Positions 7,814 through 17,466 of a stretch of DNA of 37,333 nt are shown one piece after another. The translations under genes were made by a program, and so were the position numbers. Numbering within the stretch: position 1 is the first letter of the stretch; each line of letters starts with the position of its first letter. The stretch comes from an uncultured Desulfobulbaceae bacterium. Its GTDB lineage: Bacteria > Desulfobacterota > Desulfobulbia > Desulfobulbales > Desulfobulbaceae. The DNA is taken from the NCBI GenBank assembly GCA_945787305.1, contig CALZIH010000016.1:1-37333 (forward strand). Direction: 5' to 3'. Under the pieces are notes generated by a model. It was not told the origin of the DNA. It did no database searches and was given only the letters and a program-made list of their open reading frames with translations.

Positions 7814-9403
7814 TTAGAAATACGCCTCAAAGGTCAGGTAAACCTGATTGGCGCTTTCAATCGGATTCATGCCAAAGGCTTGCATTTCGAATTTGTCATC
7901 ATCTAGGTCATACGGTTTGACGTTCCAGTCATATCCGCCGGAATAATTAAAGTCGTAGTACTGCCAGCCAAGACGAATAAAAGTCTTGGCGTACTTGGAG
8001 ATGGCCTCGCCGGTGGGCAGGTCATAGATCAGGTACAACTCATAGGCATTACCGCGGGTTGCCAGTTTGGACATGTACATGTCGTCATGACCAGGGGTAA
8101 ATGCAATCCAGTACTGGGATCCGTAGTTGTACTCGGCGCCGAGTTTCAGGCCGATATTGTCCATGTCGTAACGGATACCGGCATAGACGGAGTAGCCGTC
8201 TTCAGAGCTGGTGTTCGGTCCGGTGGTGCGCATTTGCATACCAACGAAGTCGTTGAAGAATCCGTTGTCGTTCGGGTCGGTCCGACTCCAGCCGCCAGCA
8301 AGAAAATAATTGAAGTTCTGGATCTTATCCATGTAGACGCCTGTGGTGTGGTAGATGTTGCCCAAGTTTTGACGGGCACCAAAACCGGATTGGGCGCCGA
8401 AGGTCTGCTCAATAATCGGATCTTGCCAGTTGGGGTAGCTGAACATGTTGGCAGCGGCAAAAGACTGTAAGTTGATTAAACGATTACCTTTCTTCATGAC
8501 ATCCCAGTCAATGCCGATAAAATCGGTATCACTGAGTCTGTTAACCTGATCGTCACCCTGCAGGCCGTTTTCGAACCCGCGACCATAGCAGATGCGGGCG
8601 CGACCGGTGCCCATGGCCTCTGCGCCCCAGGCATACGCATAGCCCACGGTAATGCCGTCAAAGGGGTAGTCCATATAGACGATCGGCGTGGCCATGCGCT
8701 CTGTACCCATCCGCATGTGCGCAGGCGGACCGTCTGTGGTCGGCCGGCGACCGGCAGATAACCAGATTGGAGCGCCACCGATGTTATTCCAGTTAATAAA
8801 GGCACGGTCAACATACAGGGCGCTGTCCGAAGGGGTTCGAGTGGTGTTGCCGTCAAAAATCGGCATGGATTGGCCGTAGAAAAGTCCGGCTCCGCCAGGA
8901 GTGGACTGCATGCCAAAGGCTTTGTACATTGCCAGTCGGCCTTTAAACTCAAGATTTTCCGTGGCCTTAACGCGCATGTTCAGGCGGAAGCGGTTGGTAA
9001 ACAGGGTGTCATTTTTAAGGTCACCTGTCGAGGCGCCGGCAAAAATCGGCATTCCGTTTGCGTCCATTCCTGCAAGCCCCAGGGGAGTTCCGGTGGAGAA
9101 TACCGTATCGGCATTATAGTAATCCAACCGAGTTCGGAAATCACCATAGAACTTAAAGCGGGCAGCAAGATCCCAGGATTCTGATTTTTCTTCCAGCATC
9201 TCATCCATGTCATCGACTTTATCACCATACTCGGTGATTGTCTCATTCTGTCTGGCAAGTTGCGCTTTCAGGGCGTCAAGCTGACGGGATAGTTCGTCAA
9301 TCTTTGAAGTTAAATCCTGCGGGGCTTTGCCGGCGCTGGCAGAAGCTACAGCAGGCAGGGCAATGAGCCCGGCCAGTGCCAGCATGGAAAATTTCTTGAC
9401 CAT
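7814..9403 (-). CDS. Outer-membrane beta-barrel protein / putative porin with N-terminal coiled coil (DUF3373-like by recollection)
   Basis: 529-aa ORF. Signal peptide MLALAGLIALPAVASASA, coiled-coil segment IDELSRQLDALKAQLARQNE, alternating aromatic/Gly-rich beta-strand pattern, and a terminal ...YLTFEAYF (C-terminal Phe). Strong SD AGGAGG 8 nt before the ATG. Confidence 0.8.
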   Translation of the reverse strand: MVKKFSMLALAGLIALPAVASASAGKAPQDLTSKIDELSRQLDALKAQLARQNETITEYGDKVDDMDEMLEEKSESWDLAARFKFYGDFRTRLDYYNADTVFSTGTPLGLAGMDANGMPIFAGASTGDLKNDTLFTNRFRLNMRVKATENLEFKGRLAMYKAFGMQSTPGGAGLFYGQSMPIFDGNTTRTPSDSALYVDRAFINWNNIGGAPIWLSAGRRPTTDGPPAHMRMGTERMATPIVYMDYPFDGITVGYAYAWGAEAMGTGRARICYGRGFENGLQGDDQVNRLSDTDFIGIDWDVMKKGNRLINLQSFAAANMFSYPNWQDPIIEQTFGAQSGFGARQNLGNIYHTTGVYMDKIQNFNYFLAGGWSRTDPNDNGFFNDFVGMQMRTTGPNTSSEDGYSVYAGIRYDMDNIGLKLGAEYNYGSQYWIAFTPGHDDMYMSKLATRGNAYELYLIYDLPTGEAISKYAKTFIRLGWQYYDFNYSGGYDWNVKPYDLDDDKFEMQAFGMNPIESANQVYLTFEAYF

Positions 9404-9544
9404 TCTTCTTCCTCCTAAGTATTATTTTCGGGATAGTCCCGAATCTACAATTGCCCAGAAACTCTGCTAAAGATAATGGAAATACTCTTAAGTTCGTTGC
9501 TCCCGGACAAGATTTATTTCCCGAAAATTGCATATATATAAAAA

Positions 9545-9573
9545 TTTGTACCGTATTGGCAGGCTGTTGTCAA
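9545..9573 (-). promoter_or_regulatory. Candidate sigma70-type promoter for the porin gene
   Basis: On the minus strand, TTGACA (9573-9568), a 17-nt spacer, then TACAAA (9550-9545), followed by an AT-rich stretch. This gives a leader of about 135 nt that contains the hairpin TTCGGGATAGTCCCGAA. Confidence 0.4.
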
Positions 9574-9644
9574 CAGCTTCCATGAAAAAAGTAAAAAAAA
9601 TTGTACCAAAGGTGAGGGTGGGGGAACGAAAGGAGAAAAGGTTA

Positions 9645-9673
9645 CCCCACACAAGCAAAATGCTTATGTGGGG
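9645..9673 (-). terminator. Hairpin 43 nt downstream of the clpA stop (putative terminator)
   Basis: 7-bp stem CCCCACA/TGTGGGG with a 15-nt loop. On the minus strand it is followed by the moderately T-rich TAACCTTTTCTCCTTTCG. Confidence 0.4.
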
Positions 9674-9715
9674 CAATCGGGTATCGGGAGGATTATTCGC
9701 CTGGGAAGCGAAAGG

Positions 9716-11821
9716 TCATTGTGTTGTTTTTACGGCCAATCCGGGTGTCAGGCTGATTTGTACTTTTTTCTCCGAGAGTTGTTCCTGCAGTTCGCGGATC
9801 ATCTTGTCGACAACTTTTTCTACCGTTTCCGGTTCGAGTCTGTTGAAGGTGATGGTCGAATCCAGCCGATTCCTGAATTCGGGTGAAAAAAGATTCTTCA
9901 GAGCCTTTTGTTCTTTCCCGGAAGAATCGCCGAGAAAGCCTATGGCTCGTTCACTCATCTCCCGTGCCCCCGCATTGGTCGTCATGATCAGTATGACATT
10001 GCGAAAATCTGCCCGTCGACCGCTGTTATCGGTCAACGTAGAGTGATCCATAACCTGCAGCAGGATGGAGAAGACATCGGGATGCGCCTTTTCGATCTCA
10101 TCAAGGAGGAGTACGCTATAGGGATGTTTACGGATGGCATCGGTAAGCAGGCCGCCTTGTTCAAATCCGATGTATCCCGGGGGGGCTCCAATAAGCCGGG
10201 CAACGGCATGCTTTTCCATGTATTCGCTCATGTCAAAGCGTTCAAAGTTCACGTTCAACGCCGATGCAAGTTGCCTGGCCACTTCTGTCTTGCCGACACC
10301 GGTTGGTCCGGCAAAGAGAAAAGAACCGGTTGGCGAGGTGGGGTTGCCAAGGCCTGCGCGTGAACGTTTCACAGCTTTGACCAAGCTTTCAATTGCATTG
10401 TTTTGTCCAAAAATATATGACTTGAGTTCGTTGTCCAGGCCTCGCAGTTCGTCGATGTCGTTGCCGTTTTTTGTGGAAACCGGAACCCTGGCCATTTTAG
10501 AGACAATACGTTCAATGTCGCGGACACTCACTGTCCGTCCTGTTTTGTTTGCAAGTCGAAACGAAGCACCCACTTCATCCATGACATCAATGGCCTTGTC
10601 TGGCAGGTAGCGGTCGTTGAGGTAGCGGTCGGCAAGCTCAACCGTTGACTGAATGGCTGGTTTTGAATACTTTATCTGGTGGTGTTCTTCGTATCTGGAC
10701 TGCAGCCCTCGGAGAATACCGCAGGTGTCGGCAATGGAGGGCTCTTCAATGTCGATTTTCTGGAATCGTCGTGACAGGGCCCGGTCTTTTTCAATATGGT
10801 TTTTATATTCTTCATAGGTGGTTGAACCGATACAACGGATAGTTCCTGCCTGTAATGAAGGTTTGAGCAGGTTGGAGGCATCCATGGAGCCACCGCTGGT
10901 GGCACCGGCCCCGACAATGGTGTGCATCTCATCAATAAAGAGGATCGCATTGTCTTTTTCTTCAATGGCGCCGATGACATCCTTAAGGCGTTTTTCAAAA
11001 TCACCGCGGTATTTGGTGCCGGCCACCAGAGTGCCCATATCCAGCATGTAAATTTCGGTACCGCTGAGGAGGTCGGGCACCAGTTTTTTGCGATCAACCG
11101 TTTCTTGTTGCCTGGTTTCTGTATCCTCAAAGATGCGCAGTGCCAAGCCCTCGGCCATTGCTGTTTTGCCGACACCGGGTTCTCCGACCAAAAGAGGGTT
11201 GTTTTTTTTGCGACGACAAAGAACCTGCATCATTCGCTGCAATTCCTGGTCCCGACCTATGAGTGGATCAATGGTGCCCTCGGCCGCCCGTTCGGAAAAG
11301 TTAACGGTGAACTCTTCCAGAGGGTCTGTCTTGGTTTTTTGTTTTTTCTGTTTCGGTCTTTGCGGTGCCTGACGGAGCGGTTCTTTCTGCAGGCTCTCCG
11401 GGATATTGTGGGAGATGTATTCCACTACTTCGAGCCTCCCTATTCCTTCGGTACCGAGGAAATAAACCGCATGGGATTCAGACTCGGTAAAGATGGAAAC
11501 CAGGACGTCTCCAGTATCCACTTGTTTTTTACCGCAACTCTGCACATGGTTAACCGCCCGTTGCAGGACCCTGTTGAAGGCAATGGTCTGGGCGGGTTCG
11601 CCTTCCTCGTTTTTCAAGATTGGCATACTGCCGGAGAAGAAGCGTTCCAGCCGTTCCTTGAGGTTATCGTTGTTGCCACCGCATTTGTCTATTATGTGGC
11701 GGGCCAGATCATCGTGGAGCAGTCCGTAGAGCATATGTTCCACGGTGACATATTCGTGTCGGTGTGTTTTTGCTTCCTTTATCGCTTTGATAAGGGCCAG
11801 CTCAAGTTCTCTGCTAAGCAT
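9716..11821 (-). CDS. clpA: ATP-dependent Clp protease ATP-binding subunit ClpA, C-terminally short
   Basis: N-domain [36 protein letters not shown]1 Walker A GEPGVGKT and LFIDEMH. D2 Walker A GPTGVGKT and [10 protein letters not shown]. Start chosen at the ATG at 11821, 17 nt after the clpS stop (the ORF track extends to 11863). The ORF stops about 50-55 aa before the expected end, so no GARP sensor-2 segment is present. Confidence 0.9.
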   Translation of the reverse strand: MLSRELELALIKAIKEAKTHRHEYVTVEHMLYGLLHDDLARHIIDKCGGNNDNLKERLERFFSGSMPILKNEEGEPAQTIAFNRVLQRAVNHVQSCGKKQVDTGDVLVSIFTESESHAVYFLGTEGIGRLEVVEYISHNIPESLQKEPLRQAPQRPKQKKQKTKTDPLEEFTVNFSERAAEGTIDPLIGRDQELQRMMQVLCRRKKNNPLLVGEPGVGKTAMAEGLALRIFEDTETRQQETVDRKKLVPDLLSGTEIYMLDMGTLVAGTKYRGDFEKRLKDVIGAIEEKDNAILFIDEMHTIVGAGATSGGSMDASNLLKPSLQAGTIRCIGSTTYEEYKNHIEKDRALSRRFQKIDIEEPSIADTCGILRGLQSRYEEHHQIKYSKPAIQSTVELADRYLNDRYLPDKAIDVMDEVGASFRLANKTGRTVSVRDIERIVSKMARVPVSTKNGNDIDELRGLDNELKSYIFGQNNAIESLVKAVKRSRAGLGNPTSPTGSFLFAGPTGVGKTEVARQLASALNVNFERFDMSEYMEKHAVARLIGAPPGYIGFEQGGLLTDAIRKHPYSVLLLDEIEKAHPDVFSILLQVMDHSTLTDNSGRRADFRNVILIMTTNAGAREMSERAIGFLGDSSGKEQKALKNLFSPEFRNRLDSTITFNRLEPETVEKVVDKMIRELQEQLSEKKVQISLTPGLAVKTTQ

Positions 11822-11838
11822 AATACCTATCGATTGGT

Positions 11839-12156
11839 TCAGCTCACCTGTTCCAGTGAGCATTTCAGCGGGTACTGATTTTTACGGGCTAGGCGGTGAA
11901 CAGCAGCCACCTTTGTTTCGCCGATTTCACGGGTGTACACTCCGGCAATCCCTTGCCCCTGATGGTGTACGTTGAGCATTATTTGCGTTGCCTCATCAGT
12001 ACTTTTTTTGAAGATTTCTTCCAGGATCATGACAACAAAGTCCATTGTTGTATAATCGTCATTGTGGAGGAGCACTTTGTAAAGGGGTGGCTCCTGCAGC
12101 TCTTCTCTATCGTCGGTCAGCGTTTCTAGTTGCTGGTTTGCCTTGTTCTTTGCCAT
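11839..12156 (-). CDS. clpS: ATP-dependent Clp protease adaptor ClpS
   Basis: 105-aa ORF with the ClpS core PPLYKVLLHNDDYTTMDFVVMILEEIF...ATQIMLNVHHQGQGIAGVY. Immediately upstream of clpA. Confidence 0.95.
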   Translation of the reverse strand: MAKNKANQQLETLTDDREELQEPPLYKVLLHNDDYTTMDFVVMILEEIFKKSTDEATQIMLNVHHQGQGIAGVYTREIGETKVAAVHRLARKNQYPLKCSLEQVS

Positions 12157-12335
12157 TGTGGTTGATCTGTACTGTTAACAAAATACTCTTACTTTACGTG
12201 TGTCGTGCATTATCTGTGGTTTCAGGGGTGTTGGTGGAGATCGCAGTGACCTGCATATCTATCTCCCTCTATTGTAATGCTCTCTCCTGATTTTGCAAGG
12301 CCACAATAAAATGGAAAACGTACAATTTAACTGTG

Positions 12336-13742
12336 TCAACGGTATTTTTGAGAATGATTTCCCTCTGTTTTCCCTTGATCATTGAGAGGTGTCAGCATGC
12401 TGATGAGGAGGTGATGGAGAACGGTTATCGGCTCGACCATTGAGCCTTTTAAACGCATCTCAGCTTCGAGAATCTGTTGCAGCCAATGGGTAAGCACTAC
12501 AATGGGGAAGGATGCAGCTGTTTTAAACTGCATGAAGACGGCATAGGGGTGACCGCTCAGCTCCTGTTTCCAGCGCTGCTGCTCTTTGAGTTTCGACAGG
12601 CATTGCTTTTGAAAAACATTTGCCTGCATGCCACTGCTGTACCCGTATTCAGGTTGTTCCTGGAGGGACTTGAACAGGAGCAGCGTGCGGACGTAGTTAC
12701 GAAGGGTTGCTACGATGGCAAGTGGATGAATGGAGTTTTCCACCAGACGGGCACTGATGACAAGAGATTGGCCAAGTTGCTTTTTGCCGATGGCTCCTGT
12801 GAGTTCAAACAGTGCCTCCTGCCTGGTGCGGCCGACAACGGCATCAAGATCTTTCCGGGTAATTCGATCACGATCACCAATGGATAAGCAGAGTTTTTCT
12901 GTCTCCATAACGATGGCAACCGGATGAAAACCGACCCGGTCCAAGAGTTGCTCGATTACTCCACCATCCATGCTTTTTCGCATGTCTTTCAACGTTGCGG
13001 CCACAAGTTCCTGGAGCACTGATTTCTGGGCCTTTTGGGCACTGCTGCTCGCCCCTTGTTCAACGCTTAAATCGATTACCGCGTGGTGTTCTTTGATATA
13101 TTTATACAGCCGTTTTCGTTTGTCCACCTCTTCGGCAAGCAGGAGGAGGAAATTGTTATCTGGAATACCGGTCTCCAGAGTTTTCTGTAGCAAGATGGCG
13201 GGATCATCGGTTTGCGTTCCAGCAACAGGTTTGCCTGAGGTCGCGGCAGTATTCAGAAGAGGTGTTGTCCAGGAAAGTTCGCCACCCGGGTGGGCAAAGT
13301 CAAAGTGTTTTTTCCATTCCCTGCTACTGAGCCGGGCCGGGTTGCTGTCGGGATTGTCCGGCTCCAGGCCACCGGCGGTAAGCATCGCAACAAGATTGCG
13401 CGTGGCCGCCTCGGTTTTGTTCTCTGAGTGGGCCTTGAGAGCCCGTTTCCAGAGAGATTGGGCCACCTTTTTTGAGTGAAAAAGGCGGGTGTCGCTGACC
13501 CTGTAAATTTGGCGGCCGGGCAGGAGGCTGAAACTCCGGAGTTTGGAAATGGTCCGTGCCGGATCTTCTTCATCACCATCCACCGTGTGGACCGTGCCGC
13601 CACTTTGTAGGAGGGTTTCTTCCAGGTTGCCTGCGCTTTGCCTGGACAAAAAACGGTCACCGATAACCAGATATACCTTGGGCGGTTTTGTTTCCACCAC
13701 CTTGAAAAGGGTAGGTAGTTTGTCTCTGGTATATACCGCCAT
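12336..13742 (-). CDS. holA: DNA polymerase III delta subunit-like protein (long HolA variant)
   Basis: 468-aa ORF. The N-terminus KVYLVIGDRFLSRQ...LRSFSLLPGRQIYRV and the C-terminal part RQEALFELTGAIGKKQLGQSL...HPLAIVATLRNYVRTLLLFK resemble HolA domains I and III. It is about 120 aa longer than typical HolA owing to a central insertion. Assignment is by remembered motif pattern only. Confidence 0.65.
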   Translation of the reverse strand: MAVYTRDKLPTLFKVVETKPPKVYLVIGDRFLSRQSAGNLEETLLQSGGTVHTVDGDEEDPARTISKLRSFSLLPGRQIYRVSDTRLFHSKKVAQSLWKRALKAHSENKTEAATRNLVAMLTAGGLEPDNPDSNPARLSSREWKKHFDFAHPGGELSWTTPLLNTAATSGKPVAGTQTDDPAILLQKTLETGIPDNNFLLLLAEEVDKRKRLYKYIKEHHAVIDLSVEQGASSSAQKAQKSVLQELVAATLKDMRKSMDGGVIEQLLDRVGFHPVAIVMETEKLCLSIGDRDRITRKDLDAVVGRTRQEALFELTGAIGKKQLGQSLVISARLVENSIHPLAIVATLRNYVRTLLLFKSLQEQPEYGYSSGMQANVFQKQCLSKLKEQQRWKQELSGHPYAVFMQFKTAASFPIVVLTHWLQQILEAEMRLKGSMVEPITVLHHLLISMLTPLNDQGKTEGNHSQKYR

Positions 13743-13748
13743 GACAGT

Positions 13749-16271
13749 TTACATCACCTCCGGACAAAGCGTATCCTGAACCATGGCCTCGTGAACACGG
13801 TCCAGCTCTTCCCCTTTTTTGTCTTCGTCAATAAGCTTGTGCAGGATGGCTGTCAATGATCCCGGTTGAAGATAGTCCTGGCCGCGTCCCCCTTGAAAAA
13901 TATAAGCGGACTTATCTGCAACCGTTTTCCAGGAGATCGTTGCCGGGTTGCCGGCAATGACTTCAAAGAAATTTTTATTGTACGGGTCGTTGATAATGGC
14001 CATGCCGGTGCCAATAGTGGCCAGAATGTCAATTCTGCCCCGAAATAATCGGGTCAGCCGGGTATAGGCCTTAACGCCGCCACAAGAACCAAGGCTGAAG
14101 AAGCGTTGTTTTGAATCGAGGTCGTCATTGGTAATTGTCTGCTCGCGGATCGATTTAATAAGGGGGTCGGTGATCTGTTCGGATCGCCAGTAACTGTGTC
14201 CCCTTTGGGCAAACATCTCATCACCGCCCTGAAGAAAACGTCCGAGAAGCTGCTGTTGCATCTTTTCGCCGGCATAGATGTATTGGGCATGACTGATGGT
14301 CAACCCGTTCAACTGCTTTGTAAAGGCCACCGAAAAATGGTTGCGCTGCATGGCCGAAAATAATCTTGGCAGACCATTGCCGGGGTTCTTTGCGGCCGCA
14401 TCTATGAGACGGCCCACTTCACGGCGTTTGCTGCCGGATAATGGTGAAAGAGTGTACTGCTCCGAAAACCTGGGTTGATATCCACTGCGGAGCAGGGTGC
14501 GGGCGTTTGAGAAAAAGGATTTTCGTCCGTCGTCATCGGGATGAAAAATCGATACCGAACTCAACCGGCCGTCTTCCTTCCACTGGACAAAAGGGGTTCG
14601 TTGATAGCAGCTGAGGTCGATGGCACCTCTACGAACGATCAGGCGGGTAATCAGGACCCGGTCACGAGTTGCAAGTAGTTCCGGATACTCCTGCAGGTAA
14701 TATTGGAGAATGACACTGATGAGTCGAGAAAATGTTGAGGCGTCCTTGTCGGCCTCCTGGCTCATTTTTTCAATCAGATAGGTTCGGGCATCGGGCTGCA
14801 ATACCTTGAGCAGGTGCACAAAGGTTGCGGAAAACAGAAGGATCGAGTCTTCATTTTTAAAGGCCGAGGCGGCGACCAGGTTGAGGATCTGCTTCTGCCT
14901 GTTTTCATCTTCCGGGAAAAAGGTGGTGATTTTTCCTTTCTGAGCCAAGCTGACAATAAAACTGGAAACCAGCATATTGTCTGGGTCAATGACCTTGATA
15001 AAGGCCAGCAGGTCATCGTGGTGGTTGGCAAGAATTCTTTTTTTCAGTATGGGAACCAGGATATCACGGAAAGAGGAGTCGTACAGTTCACTCCCCTGGG
15101 AAAGGAGGGCGTAGATGTTGGCTGAACTCATATCGCGGGCAGTCTGGACCCGGTCGGCAGATGTCGCCTTACGCAGAATGCTGATCATGGCCGTCCTGTT
15201 ATTTGCCGACATGGCGGGGTAAAATTTTTTACCATAGGTAAATTGTATCTGATTTGAAAGTTTCTTAAAGCGTGCATAGAGTTCTTTTTTATTCTGCCTT
15301 TTAAGTTGCGCTTCCGATATTTCAAAACCGAATCGGTCGGTGATGGCATGGAGATTGTTGATCTTCCAAATCAGCTCTTCGCCACCGTCGTAAAAAGCCT
15401 GAAGAAGGGCTTTTTTATGTTCATCATCCAGGCGGTAATATTGGGCTTCCTGCACCTCGGACGGCAGGGCGAAATAGCGGATAATCCAGAGCCAACCATC
15501 GATACGGTTCATTTCTTCCTGTTTGAACAGGTTGTGGGCATTCCAGGCATCCTCCTGGCGCAGTTGTCTCAACAGGAGAAGGGAGTCGAGTATGGTTTCC
15601 GAATTCATGTCCTTTATCCTGGCATAGCTGTCGGCGGCCCTTGCCTGATGATCAACAAGGCGTGCCAGAGTCATCATGCCATCCAAGGCCTTGACGGCAT
15701 CCATATCTTTAATGGTCATGAATCCTTCAACTGCCCTGTTATTGGCATCCTGGAGACCGTTAAGCAATGGAATAGTCGTCAGTGAGTGCGTTGGCGAAAT
15801 ATCGGGAAGCAGAAGGTAACTGCGAAAGGCCCTCCCGGCTTCGTAACTTAAACCGGCAAATTCCGGTAAGGCCTGAAGGGCGAGGGGAATATCCACTCCT
15901 TTAAGTATGCTCCATTCTTCAAAAGCAAGTACCTGTTCGTAGGAGAAGTCTGTTTTCAGGAGAATTTCCCAAAACTGCCTGATGGACTCGTAGTCAATAC
16001 TGGGCAGCAGGCAGATCTTACGAAAGACTCGCTGGTCGTTGTAACTTAAGGCGCGAATGATCTCCCGGCCATAGTCCAACTGGTCACCGGTTAAACAGAC
16101 TTCCGTGCTGTAGAGGCTGAACGTGTTGCGAGAACTGACATCTGTTAATGGGTACCTCTCGCCTCCTGCAGCAGAAATAACAGTCGCCGGAATCAGAAGG
16201 AATACAAGAAGGTTTAGGATATGTTTGCGGGTTTGTTCAACCCGGTTTACTGTTTTGCGCAAATGTGTCAT
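13749..16271 (-). CDS. Large exported or membrane-anchored protein of unknown function (840 aa)
   Basis: Uninterrupted 840-codon ORF. The N-terminal hydrophobic segment ILNLLVFLLIPATVISAAGG looks like a signal peptide or anchor. Residues about 90-250 contain degenerate helical repeats (...IKDMDAVKALDGM... / ...IKDMNSETILDSL...). The C-terminal region has FAQRGHSYW and, 38 residues later, FFSLGSCGG. The stop lies 6 nt before the holA start. Confidence 0.7.
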   Translation of the reverse strand: MTHLRKTVNRVEQTRKHILNLLVFLLIPATVISAAGGERYPLTDVSSRNTFSLYSTEVCLTGDQLDYGREIIRALSYNDQRVFRKICLLPSIDYESIRQFWEILLKTDFSYEQVLAFEEWSILKGVDIPLALQALPEFAGLSYEAGRAFRSYLLLPDISPTHSLTTIPLLNGLQDANNRAVEGFMTIKDMDAVKALDGMMTLARLVDHQARAADSYARIKDMNSETILDSLLLLRQLRQEDAWNAHNLFKQEEMNRIDGWLWIIRYFALPSEVQEAQYYRLDDEHKKALLQAFYDGGEELIWKINNLHAITDRFGFEISEAQLKRQNKKELYARFKKLSNQIQFTYGKKFYPAMSANNRTAMISILRKATSADRVQTARDMSSANIYALLSQGSELYDSSFRDILVPILKKRILANHHDDLLAFIKVIDPDNMLVSSFIVSLAQKGKITTFFPEDENRQKQILNLVAASAFKNEDSILLFSATFVHLLKVLQPDARTYLIEKMSQEADKDASTFSRLISVILQYYLQEYPELLATRDRVLITRLIVRRGAIDLSCYQRTPFVQWKEDGRLSSVSIFHPDDDGRKSFFSNARTLLRSGYQPRFSEQYTLSPLSGSKRREVGRLIDAAAKNPGNGLPRLFSAMQRNHFSVAFTKQLNGLTISHAQYIYAGEKMQQQLLGRFLQGGDEMFAQRGHSYWRSEQITDPLIKSIREQTITNDDLDSKQRFFSLGSCGGVKAYTRLTRLFRGRIDILATIGTGMAIINDPYNKNFFEVIAGNPATISWKTVADKSAYIFQGGRGQDYLQPGSLTAILHKLIDEDKKGEELDRVHEAMVQDTLCPEVM

Positions 16272-16348
16272 TGTCGGTTGTTTTGTTGTTCATGGGAGTT
16301 TTTAGCCTATCCGTAAACAATGGTCTCCATACCCTTTAGAGGTAAAAT

Positions 16349-17260
16349 TTGTTGAATAAGTATTCGGTGGATACGCTGATTTCAGTGTTTGTCCTGCTTC
16401 TGGCCATGCTTCTCTGGGGGAGTTCTTTTGTCGCCATGAAGTTCGCCTTTACTGAACTTGAGCCCATGGTGGTGGTTTTTGGCAGGCTGATCGTCGCTTC
16501 TCTTTGTTTCCTGCCTTTTATCCGTTCGTTTTATCAATTACCGTTGAAAAGGTCGCATATCCTACCACTCATCTGCATGAGTTTATGTGAACCCTGTCTC
16601 TATTTTCTTTTTGAGGCCAAGGCCCTGGAGTTGACAAGTGCCTCCCAGGCTTCCATGATAACGACCATGCTGCCTTTACTTGTTGCCTTGGCTGCCGGAT
16701 TGTTTATCAATGAGTCGATTAACCGCCGGGTTGTTTCCGGTCTTGTACTGGCCGCAATCGGTGCAGTCTGGCTTTCCCTTGGAAGCACGGTGTCTGAACA
16801 GGCACCACGTCCGATCCTTGGGAATTTTCTCGAGTTCCTTGCCATGATCAGCGCAACAGGATACATCATTTTGCTAAAAAAATTAAGTAGCAGTCTGCCC
16901 CCACTTTTTTTAACTGCAATGCAATCCTTTGTCGGCGCAATATTTTTTCTGCTGGTTATACTCTTTACAGGGACAGAAGTGCCGAAAAATATTTCGGTTG
17001 AGGGCTTTTTATCGGTTCTTTACCTTGGTGTTTTTGTCAGTGTCGGTGCCTATGGCCTATATAATTTCGGTGTCAGCCGGGTCCCGGCTAACCAGGCGGC
17101 AGCATTTATTAATTTAATTCCTGTGTTTACCATTATTCTCGGTTTTTTTATACTGGGAGAGCGGTTGACCGGATGGCAGCTAGCCGCCTGCCTGCTGGTT
17201 TTTGTTGGTGTGATGATAAGTCAGGATAATAGCGTAGATCGTAGACAAGAGAAACGTTGA
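16349..17260 (+). CDS. DMT-superfamily (EamA-like) transporter
   Basis: 303-aa ORF with about 10 hydrophobic helices and two EamA-like halves (LLWGSSFVAMKFAF... and ...LTAMQSFVGAIFF...). The start is uncertain (TTG at 16349; alternatives TTG 16352 and GTG 16367). Confidence 0.85.
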   Translation: MLNKYSVDTLISVFVLLLAMLLWGSSFVAMKFAFTELEPMVVVFGRLIVASLCFLPFIRSFYQLPLKRSHILPLICMSLCEPCLYFLFEAKALELTSASQASMITTMLPLLVALAAGLFINESINRRVVSGLVLAAIGAVWLSLGSTVSEQAPRPILGNFLEFLAMISATGYIILLKKLSSSLPPLFLTAMQSFVGAIFFLLVILFTGTEVPKNISVEGFLSVLYLGVFVSVGAYGLYNFGVSRVPANQAAAFINLIPVFTIILGFFILGERLTGWQLAACLLVFVGVMISQDNSVDRRQEKR

Positions 17261-17261
17261 A

Positions 17262-17462
17262 ATGGCTCGGATATTGATTTTTTGCGGAATATGTTTTCTC
17301 CTGGCCGGCCTGTTGTGGCCCTGGTTGAGACAGATACCTCTGGGACGCCTGCCCGGAGATATTGTGATTGAAAAAGAGAATTTTCGTTTGTTCCTGCCTG
17401 TTACCAGTTCCATCTTGATCAGCCTGGTTCTTTCCTTGTTGTTCTACCTGTTCAGGAAGTAG
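17262..17462 (+). CDS. DUF2905-family small membrane protein
   Basis: 66-aa ORF with two TM helices flanking the conserved GRLPGDI motif. Starts 1 nt after the EamA stop. Confidence 0.75.
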   Translation: MARILIFCGICFLLAGLLWPWLRQIPLGRLPGDIVIEKENFRLFLPVTSSILISLVLSLLFYLFRK

Positions 17463-17466
17463 AGAA

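Noticed and set aside
10922-11878. 318-aa plus-strand ORF, with several other 100-170-aa ORFs, antisense to clpA. Similar long antisense ORFs overlap aspS, hisS, holA, the porin and fadJ.
   Set aside because: These are shadow ORFs opposite genes with unambiguous family motifs. They have no recognisable motifs or ribosome-binding sites of their own.
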